Assembly (NCBI RefSeq): GCF_006345805.1
Contig: NC_043002.1
Coordinates: 58,156,001-58,220,000, forward strand
Direction: 5' to 3'
Source of the DNA: Octopus sinensis
Lineage: Eukaryota
DNA length: 64,000 nucleotides
Shown here piece after piece: positions 38,432 to 48,939 of the stretch. The notes under the pieces were generated by a model. The model made no database searches. It saw only the letters and a program-made list of their open reading frames with translations, and was not told where the DNA came from. Made by a program: the position numbers and the translations under genes. Every line of letters begins with the position of its first letter. The first letter of the stretch is position 1.

Positions 38432-41400
38432 TTATTAAAAGGATGATTAAAGTTTAATAAAATGTGAGATGAAATCACTTTTCTCTCTTACCCAAAATTC
38501 GAATATTGCTTATTAGATGACCTGATACATTTGCTATAGTTTGTGCCAAAATGGGTTGTTCCGCTACAGATTGGTGTGTTCCCTCGATATGGGCCAATCA
38601 GTAATGCATAATCTGATCATATTCATTTGTGCTTTTTTTCCGAAAACTAGTAATAGTACAGTAGTCTTATGGTATTTTCCCATCGTAAACATTGCAGTAG
38701 GCATAGATCCAGTAAGCTTCGTGTTATTGTTGGTGGGGTGGAGGACATTATTGTCTCCCTTTCTCCAACAGACGTAGACGTATGCAGTCATGTTTTCTAT
38801 TTGATTACTCAGAACATTTGTTTATTATTGCACTGGTGATGAGTTGCATTGACATCAAATCTGTGGTGAGGAAACCTCTTAAAGCTTAGTTGGTTATTGC
38901 CTTCCAATCTCTCTAGAAGTTCATTCAGATTTTATAGCCAAATAAATGATGTTGAAGAAAGTACTGAAGATGAGAAAACTTAATGCAGAAGAAGCTAGAT
39001 AGTTGTGGAGTAATATTTTGTATAAGCCAGTAAATCATAATGGCGATGCAGTATGGTTAAAGAAACGAGGGAAGTTGTCAGTGGGAAGCAGCCAGATCTG
39101 AAACTAAATAGTACATTAATGAGTAAAGTGTAAAGAAATATGCTGAATTAGATGGGCCAAGAACAGATTTACCTCAAAGGTTCAGGTTAAAGAAATTTAG
39201 TATCTTACTTGAGAAACTGAGGGAACAATTCCAGGCTTGAGTGAATGGAGTATTAATACCACCTTGGATGTTTTAGAGGGAGAGTAGTACTCCTTATTGA
39301 AGGCAAACGCAAGGCTAAGGAAGCTAGTAACTCTAGATCAGTCACTTGTGGAAGCTGTTAACAGCAACGCTCTCAGAAAGCATTTCCGAACATCTTGACA
39401 ACCAGAATTTGCTGCAAGAAGAAAATGAATGCTACAATATAATATTCTTGAAACATTTCTTTCAAAGGTTACAGAATGCTTTGGATGAATTATTACTCAA
39501 AAGGCGCAAGCGTGTCGAAAGTGATCTCACTTTTTTCATCACATCACAGCCAAAAGAGTTTTTTTAATGAAATACAAAATCTGATAAGTAGATGGAAGGA
39601 AGTCATTGATAATCATGGTAATTATAAAAAAGGATGATTAAATTTGATAAAATGTGACATTCAGTCGGTTTTCTTTCTTACTGTTTATTAGATGACCTGA
39701 TACATTTGCAACAGTTTAGGTGAAGATCAGATATTTACATTTTCCTACAAATGGTAGCCCCCCGATATTCGCTAGTCAGTCATATATAATCTGACCATAT
39801 TCATTCGTGTATCGTTCCACAAAACTAGTAATAGTGTTGTTAGATTATGGCATCTTCCCATCGTTAACCTTGCAGTAGGTGTGCAGGTGGCACCAGTAAG
39901 CCTTGCATTATTGTTGGTGGGGTGAAGGATATTATTGTCTTCCTTTCTCCAATAGACGTAATTGGTCGGGTTTTCGATTTGATAACTAAGAACATCTGTT
40001 TATCAATGCGCTGGTGTTGAATTGCATTCACATCAAATTTATGGACTGGAAAAATCTTAAAGTTTACTTGTTTATTGCCTGCCATTCTTTCTATATGTTC
40101 ATTCAGGCTCTACAGCCAAAACAAAATGATGTAGAAGAAAGTACTGAAAATAAGAAAACGTTATGCAGAAGAAGATCGGAAATTGTGGAGTAATATTTGG
40201 TATAAGCCAGTCAACCATAATTAAGATGCAATATGATGCTTACTGGGCCACCTCCACGCCTATAGCAGGGGTGAAAATAGGAAACTGAATTAAACCAACA
40301 GTTCAATTACTAGTTTTGTGGAAGGAAACACAAATGAATATGATCAGATTATATATGTCTGACTGGTCAATATCGAGGGAATACACCAAGGGGCTACAAT
40401 TTGTAGGAAGAAGAAAACGACTTATCTTAACAATCACTTTCAATTCTTACCCAAAATTCGGATATTACTTGGTAGATAACCCGATACATTTGCTATAGTT
40501 TGGGTTAAGGTCAGTTATTTACTTCTTCCAACAAATTCTAGTCTCTTGGTGTATTCCTTCGATATTGGCCAATCAGTCATATATAATCTGACCATATTCG
40601 TTTGTTTCCTTCCACAAAACTAGTAAAAGTGCTGTTCGTTTAATTCACTTGCCCCTTTTTACCCTGCAGTAGGGGTGCAGGTGACCCCAGTAAGCGTTGC
40701 ATTATTGTTGGTGGGATGCAGGACATTATTGTCTTCTTTCCTCCAACAGACGTATACAGTCATGTTTTCTATTTGATAACTCAGAACATCTGTTTATCAT
40801 TGCGCTGGTGATGAGTTGCATTGACATCAAATCTGTGGAGAGGGAATCTCTTAAAGCTTAGTTGTTTATTGCCTGCCAATCTCTCTAGAAGTTCTATCAG
40901 GTTTTACAGCCAAATAAATTATGTTGGAGAAAGTACTGAAGATGAGAAAACTTAATTCAGAAGAAGCTCCAAAATTGTGGAGTAATATTTGGTATAAACC
41001 AGTCAATCATAATGGAGATGCAGCATGGTTAAAGAAACGGAGTGATGTTGTCAGTCTGAAGCAGCCAGAGCTGAAACTAAATCGTTCATTAATGAGTAAA
41101 GTGTTAGGAAATATGCTGAACAGATGTAGTTCAAAGGTACTGGTTAAAGGAATTTAACATCTTACTTGAGCGTCTAAAGGGTACAATTCCAGGATTGAAT
41201 GAATGGAGTAGTAATACCAGCTTGGATGATTAGAGGCAGAGCAGTATTCCTTATTGAACTAGTAATAGTGCTGTTAGCTCATGGCATTTTCCCATTTTTT
41301 AGCTTGCAATAGGAGTTTGAGGTAGCCCCAGTAAGCTTTGCATTATTGTTAGCGAGGTGGAGGACATTATTGTCTCCCTTTCTCCGACAAATGTAATTGG

Positions 41401-43815
41401 TTGAGTTTTCTATTTGATAAATCAGAACATCTGTTTATTTTTGCACTGGTGATGAGTTGCATTGACATCAAATCTGTGGTGAGGAAACCGCTTAAAGCTT
41501 AGTTGGTTATTGCCTTCCAATCTCTCTAGAAGTTCATTCAGATTTTATAGCCAAATAAATGATGTTGAAGAAAGTACTGAAGATGAGAAAACTTAATGCA
41601 GAAGAAGCTAGAGAGTTGTGGAGTAATATTTTGTATAAGCCAGTAAATCATAATGGAGTTGCAGCATGGTTAAAGAAACGAAGGAAGTTGTCAGTGGGAA
41701 GCAGCCAGGTCTGAAACTAAATAGTACATTAATGAGTAAAGTGTAAAGAAATATGCTGAATTAGATGGGCCAGGAACAGATTTACCTCAGAGGTTCAGGT
41801 TAAAGAAATTTAGTATTTTACTTGAGAAACTGAGGGAACAATTCCAGGATTGAGTGAATGAAGTATCAATACCACCTTGGATGTTTTAGAGGGAGAGTAG
41901 TACTCCTTATTGAAGGCAAACGTAAGGCTAAGAAAGCTAGTAATTATAGATCAGTCACTTGTGGAAGCTGTTAACAACAACGCTCTCAGAAAGCATTTCC
42001 GAGCATCTTGACAACCAGAATTTGCTGCAAGAAGAAAATGAATGCTACAATATAATATTCTTGAAACATTTCTTTCAGAGGTTACAGAATACTTTGGATG
42101 AATTATTACTCAACAGGCGCAAGCGTGTTGAAAGTGATCTCCCTTTCTTCATCACATCACAACCAAAAGAGTTTTTTTTAATGAAATACAAAATCTGATA
42201 AGTAGATGGAAGGAAGTCATTGATAATCAAGGTAATTATAAAAAAGGATTATTAAATTTGATAAAATGTGACATTCAGTCGGTTTTCTTTCTTACTGTTT
42301 ATTAGATGACCTGATACATTTGCAACAGTTTAGGTGAAGATCAGATATTTACATTTTCCTACAAATGGTAGCCCCCCGATATTCGCTAGTCAGTCATATA
42401 TAATCTGACCATATTCATTCGTGTATCGTTCCACAAAACTAGTAATAGTGTTGTTAGATTATGGCATCTTCCCATCGTTAACCTTGCAGTAGGTGTGCAG
42501 GTGGCACCAGTAAGCCTTGCATTATTGTTGGTGGGGTGAAGGATATTATTGTCTTCCTTTCTCCAATAGACGTAATTGGTCGGGTTTTCGATTTGATAAC
42601 TAAGAACATCTGTTTATCAATGCGCTGGTGTTGAATTGCATTCACATCAAATTTATGGACTGGAAAAATCTTAAAGTTTACTTGTTTATTGCCTGCCATT
42701 CTTTCTATATGTTCATTCAGGCTCTACAGCCAAAACAAAATGATGTAGAAGAAAGTACTGAAAATAAGAAAACGTTATGCAGAAGAAGATCGGAAATTGT
42801 GGAGTAATATTTGGTATAAGCCAGTCAACCATAATTAAGATGCAACATAATGCTTACTGGGCCACCTCCACGCCTATAGCAGGGGTGAAAATAGGAAACT
42901 GAATTAAACCAACAGTTCTATTACTAGTTTTGTGGAAGGAAACACAAATGAATATGATCAGATTATATATGTTTGACTGGTCAATATCGAGGGAATACAC
43001 CAAGGGGCTACAATTTGTAGGAAGAAGAAAACGACTTATCTTAACAATCACTTTCAATTCTTACCCAAAATTCGGATATTACTTGGTAGATAACCCGATT
43101 TATTTGCTACAGTTTGGGTTAAGGTCAGTTACTTACTTCTTCCTACAAATTCTAGTCTCTTGGTGTATTCCTTCGATATTGGCCAATCAGTCATATATAA
43201 TCTGACCATATTCGTTTGTTTCCTTCCACAAAACTAGTAAAAGTGCTGTTCGTTTAATCAGTTCCCCCTTTTTAATTCAGTTTCTCCTTTAGTACTCAAA
43301 AGGAGCATGGGTGTCGAAAATCACTTCACTTTCTCCTTCACACTGAAACCAAAAGTGCTTTCACAAATGAAATTTAAAATATGATGTGTAGTTAGGAGGA
43401 AGTCATCGAGAATGATGCTAATTATTAAAAGGATGTTTAAAGTTTGATAAAATGTGAGATTAAATCACTTTCAATTCTTACCCAAAATTCGGATATTATT
43501 CGAATTATTACATGACCTGATACATCAGCTACAGTTTGAGTTAAAGTTATATATATAATCTGATCGGATTCACTTATGTTTCCTTCCACAAAATTAGTAA
43601 TTGTGGTCTGGGCTTATGGCATTTTCCCATTGTAAACCTTGTAGTAGGAATGGAGGTGTCCCCAGTAAGCGTTGCATTATTGTTGTTTGTGTTGAGGACA
43701 TTATTGTCTTCCTTTCTCCAACAGGAGTAATTGGTCCAGTTTTCTATTTAGGAACTAAGAACATCTGTTTATTATTGAGCTGGTGTTCTGTAGCATTGTC
43801 ATCAAATCTGAGGAG
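38432..43815 (+). repeat. Chimeric R4/Dong-derived repeat block with an internal ~2.6-kb duplication
   Basis: 38810-40640 is repeated at 41423-43260; anchors at about 38848, 40024, 40821, 41461, 42638 and 43795. Confidence 0.82.
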
Positions 43816-43823
43816 AGAAAAAA

Positions 43824-43986
43824 TATTATTATTATTATCATTATTATTGTTATTATTATTATCATTATTATTATACTCTTTTCTACTAAAGGTACAAGCC
43901 TAGAATTTTGGGGGTGCTATCGACACCAGTATTTGAATGGTACTTAATTTATCAAAACCGAATGGATGAAAGGCAAAGTCGACCCT
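43824..43986 (-). mobile_element. SINE fragment (octopus-type), antisense, with (TAA)n tail
   Basis: (tta)n-tactcttttctact..aattttggggg..tggtacttaatttatc..ggatgaaaggcaaagtcgacc is the reverse complement of the same family seen at 26665. Confidence 0.65.
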
Positions 43987-44749
43987 AAATGCAGATTCTG
44001 CGACACATTTGACGAAACGATAGACCATCTCGTTTCGGGATGTCCTGTGCTGACACCAAACGAATACAAAAATCGCCACGATAGGGTAGGACAGTATATA
44101 CATTGGAAGATATGTAAACACTACAAATCCGACACTCCTGCTAACTGGTATGAACACCATCCTCAGCCAGTTGTTGAACGTAAAGATGTCACCATCCTCT
44201 GGGATTTTCCAGTCAACACTGACAGAACGATCAAGGCTAATCGACCAGACATAATTGTTAAAGACAGGGAAGAAAATACCTGCAGACTAATAGAAGTAAG
44301 CGTCCCCACTGATAAAAATGTATCTGTCAAGGAATTTGACAAACTTAGTAAATATAAGGACCTGGAAATCGAAATACAGAGGATGTGGAATCTTAAAACA
44401 AAAACTGTTCCTGTCATTGTAGGTGCCCTAGGTATGATAATAAAGGGATGTCAGAAACACCTAGACAATATCCCTGGAAAACCATGTCTCAAGGAAATCC
44501 AAAAGATTGTGCTAACAAGTATTGCCCACATCCTTAGAAAAACCCTATCAATGTAAATGTCTGTGTTTGCATTACATGGAGATATATCTCTACTTCCCCT
44601 CCCCAAGCTTTCAGCTATATTTCAACAACTCTTAACCTTCACTTGCCCTAGGGCACTGGGTGTGCCCCGGCAGGTGATTGCATCAAACATGCAGATTAAA
44701 AGTAAATGACAATGATAATAATAATAATAATGATAATAATAATAATAAC

Positions 44750-44829
<80 letters not shown>

Positions 44830-44890
44830 TAATAATAATAATAATAATAATAATAATTGCTATAGTTATTATTATCATTATAATAATAAA
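43981..44890 (+). mobile_element. R4/Dong-clade retrotransposon 3' end: CCHC knuckle plus REL endonuclease, 3'UTR and (TAA)n tail
   Basis: Open frame to the stop at 44556: CRFC-x8-H-x4-C, RHD, RPD, IEV, KLSKY, VIVGALG. Tail 44707-44890. 5'-truncated. Confidence 0.92.
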
Positions 44891-45870
44891 ACAATAACAA
44901 CAACCATAAAAATGAAGGAAATACTTTTTACTATATTGGTATTCAAAAATTTTGCATATTATATACGAGTATATAAGTTATATAGACTAGTAGAAGCAGT
45001 AGTGAATTTTTTTGTTTTACATTAAGGACATTAGAATCATGTACCATCTCCAGAAGATTGCCTTTAATTTCGCAGGTATTTGGTACTAACATTTGTTTAT
45101 GAAATCAAGTGTTTATTTCACAGTAGCAAGAGAAAAAGAAGCCGAACTCGATTAAAGCGGACTGTAATTATTTATGAGTATACAGGGTTGGTCAACACCT
45201 GACGGTAAATCAAAACACATTTAATTCTAAGATTAAAACAAAAAAAAATTATTTTATATCAGACTTCGCTAATAAAAAGACAAGTGTTAAAAAAAAAGAA
45301 TGATTTTTAACTAGCAGCATTCAATTATTAAACATTCATAATTGGAATGGATAAATAAAATTGAATGTTATGCATTAATAGAATTTTGATCTACGCAGTT
45401 ACGTGAGGCCACGTAGCAAAAAATATATGATACGTTGCTTACTCAGCTTCTCTCTTGACATCAGTATCTACCTGTTTCATCCTCTGAGAGAGTCGACACA
45501 ACATTTTCACTGGATCATTTTAGGACACAACATTGAATTAAATACCTCAATTTCTACTCATTCCAAGTCATAACACAATAATTATGGGTAAGAACAGTTT
45601 TGTTTTTATATTATGATAATTAATTTTATGGGATGTGTATAAGATTACATCATGATCGCCGCAATGAAAAAGCAGCAAGAAGGAAGGTAGCCATATTGGA
45701 AATGAACAAGTGAATTAGAATTTAATATTTTCTTAAATTTTTCGCATTGTTTTTCGAAACGTACGTATGCATAGAATCCAGTTTTGTAATAAATCTATTT
45801 CTGTTTCAACATCTCTCCATTTTTTAAAATTTGTTTATCGTATATTCTTATACCTATAACGAATCTCCTC

Positions 45871-45919
<49 letters not shown>

Positions 45920-47735
45920 TGTATGTATGTATGTATGTATGTATGTATGTATGTGTGTGTGTGTCTGTCTGTGTGTGTGTCTCTGTCTGTCTGTGTGTGT
46001 CTGTGTGTGCGTATTTTCATATATACACCTTATAACTGCTATCCTGTAATAAAATTATTACTTAGAATTAAAAAGTATTACATTTTCCAGTCTTCTGTCA
46101 ATTGAATGAACTTACAAAGCTTTAATTGGCCCCGGGACCTTTGTAGAAAGTGCAATAGGGTTGAACACAATATGTCGTTGTAAAGCGAAGTTGCCTCAAA
46201 ATTGCTCTTCTATTTCTCGTCTTTCGTTTTCTACTATCGTCCCATCAACCGAACAAATATAAACAAAATATAAAATAATGCTGATCGCCACCATTACTAT
46301 AAAAAGACGGTATTCTTTCTCTCCTTGCTTTCCGTTGACACACTGCTGGTACCAAATAAACATTTTTTTTGTCAGAGCTTGACTTTAGCATCTGAATGTA
46401 ATAGTTTGTCGAAGTCGAAACATTTCTAGTATCAAATATTGATGAAATACTAATATCTTCACATTTCCTTCATCATTTTCTCATTTAGATATAAAATATA
46501 TTTTGTTTGCGATCATTCTATTTGCGGCAATACGACTCGCAAATACATCCAAGCAATCAACAACAAATGATGCTGAGTTGGTATTGAAAACCATCGAAAT
46601 ATTATCGGGAGATGGAAACATTACTTTCAAAATTTATGTAAGTATTCACTTAATTCTCTAAGATTTAGTCATTTCTGTTTTATTCTATATTATGAAAGGT
46701 GCGTGTAAAAACCGTCCCACGTTTTACAGTTTGACAAATGGAAAAGTAGAAAGTGTACGATCTACACCAATCCAAATTGTGATGATAACTAAAAAAGAAA
46801 TGATGAAACCTTCCCCTCAATTACATAAAGACACAATTATTATCTGTTTAACTTCACTAGCATATTACCGAACCGCTAGGTTTTGAATACGTAAGCAAAT
46901 GAACACCGATATATATTGACATTTCAATGTAGCACCTTCCGTTTTGGCTTGGGGGTCGCTGTTTACGTACATACTAGATAATTTTATCCAGTCTTTATAT
47001 ATCTAAAAACATTATTGTAACATATTCTCCTACAGTGCACACCGAGGTCTATAAACGAATGCTATCAATTTACTCACGTTTTGAGAAACGTTCTTCCGTT
47101 TCCTCAGATGTACATTCAAGAGAAAATCCCCATGGACCAGAAGGTATGTCTAAACTATTTTACAGTTAATTCAGATTTTAAAACCTTTCTTACTGACATG
47201 TTTTGTTTTTAATTTTCTACCCTGATAGAATGTTACATGTTGATGATAAAATCACATTCATTTTCGGTAGAAATAAATAATAAAATCATTACAAAGCCTT
47301 AACGTTTGAAATTTTCGACAATCATAAACTTCCAAAGGCGACATACCCTAAGTCGCAATTTCCATGTGTTCACGATAACATTTTACCATTGTGAATCGTG
47401 AAAGAATTTTGTTTTTCAAGAAAAGAAATGAATGACAGAAAACGAAAAACATTGAGGAGCTGAAAGAAATAATGAAATGTAATAACAAGTCGTTTTTGCA
47501 AAGCGTTTTAGGTTAAAATGAGCTGTAAGACTTCCAAACTTATAACAGACAAGTTATTTTAAATTATGTGTATGGGGTGATCAAACTTTTAGTCGGTAGA
47601 TTATAAATCTATTTAAAGGGATTACTTTCTCATGATTTAATATTCTATAGAAAATAATAAATTGAAAATATTGACATACAAAACTGTCAATAAATATAAA
47701 ATTTATGAATTCTCTGAAATCATCTATCATTACAG

Positions 47736-47941
47736 AGGCCCTAGTCAACATCTTTCCCAAACTCGGGGAAAACGCCACCGTGATTGAAATCCAAGTGGAA
47801 AGAGAAAATGACCGTGTGTGTGTTCCTGCTAAACTCATAGTAGTGCCGGCTGCCTGTTCTAAGCTTACTGCTGATTCAAAGGCTAAGCGTTATTGCTATT
47901 TGAGATTTGTTGAATCCTATGTAACTGACCTGAATCTGCTG
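47736..47941 (+). CDS. Best-supported single exon (206 bp, phase 1 to phase 0), product unknown
   Basis: cattacag|AG..CTG|gtaagc. Open frame EALVNIFPKLGENATVIEIQVERENDRVCVPAKLIVVPAACSKLTADSKAKRYCYLRFVESYVTDLNLL with normal protein composition. Confidence 0.55.
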
Positions 47942-48009
47942 GTAAGCATCGATATTGCAATCATTTCTTGGTGTCTTCTCTATTGAATATAGTCGTAAGT
48001 GGATTGATA

Positions 48010-48085
48010 TGAGTGGTTATGAACCTCGCTTCTCAGGTATGAAGAGATAGGTTCGATTCTCTTGCTCAGCACATTGGGAGATGGA
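48010..48085 (+). mobile_element. Degenerate tRNA-derived SINE head
   Basis: A-box-like gagtggtta and B-box-like ggttcgattc, but no cloverleaf. Confidence 0.4.
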
Positions 48086-48124
48086 AATTATAAGGAAGCT
48101 CGATTTAGTGTGTGTGTATATATA

Positions 48125-48595
48125 CGAAGTGGTATCAAAAGATTCCAGGACTCGCCATGTTTAATAAAAAGGTAAATTATTTACCTAAGTTTTAACATCG
48201 TCTCCATGAAAATAGTCACCTTGCTCAGCAATACACCGGTCCCAGCATTCCTGCCACTTTGATGTCCAGCCTGGGAGTCGTTTTCTACAGGCGAGTCAAG
48301 GACCTTCTGCGATTCGCTCTAGATCTCGACAACGGTGTTAAAACGGCGACCTTTGAGCTGCGTTTTCATCTTGGGGAAGAGTTGGAAGTCAGCAAGTGCT
48401 AAATCTGGCGAATAGGGTGGGTACGGAAGTGATACCATTTTATTTTTGGCGAGAAACTCACGAGTGAGGAGAGCTTGATGACAGGGAGCATTGTGGTCGT
48501 GAAGAATCCAATGTTTCACGCTCCACAGATCCGGTCTCTCTCGCCGAATGTCCTCCATCAAGCGCTTCCAAACGCCACAATAGAACTCTCGATTG
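48125..48595 (-). mobile_element. mariner (Tc1/mariner DD34D) transposon 3' fragment
   Basis: WILHDHNAPCH..PYPPYSPDLALADFQLFPKMKTQLKGRRF. TIR-like end TA|CGAAGTGGTATCAAAAGATTCCAGGAC at 48123-48151. Confidence 0.88.
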
Positions 48596-48939
48596 ATATA
48601 TATATATATATATCCTTTGCACGCGCGCGCACACACACATATTCTGTATTTAGCTTACTATTAGTTGGTAGTTATGGAATAAATTTTATCTCTACTATTG
48701 CTACTTGTTCATGCATGCAATGTTGATTTTGATTGGTTAGTGTCACTATAGACCTCGGAAACCGGATATTCACCATTTAAGTTGTAGGACTCGAATCGCT
48801 CAATGCCCATTAATCTTCCTTTTTACTTAGTCTGTTCCTCTTATAATAATTTATATTTTTTTCATACATTACAGAGGCCCTTGGATTTTCGTGACACAGT
48901 AGAAGATGAAACGCATTTATTACGAAAAGAAGCTTCAGC

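Noticed and set aside
45124-46900. Alternative genetic code or selenoprotein explanation for stops in the upstream candidate exons
   Set aside because: TAA, TAG and TGA all occur depending on frame, so reassigning stops is untestable here. No SECIS was recognised. Pseudogene decay or wrong exon boundaries is simpler.
48010-48085. tRNA gene
   Set aside because: Only A/B-box remnants with no acceptor stem or cloverleaf; it fits a SINE head.
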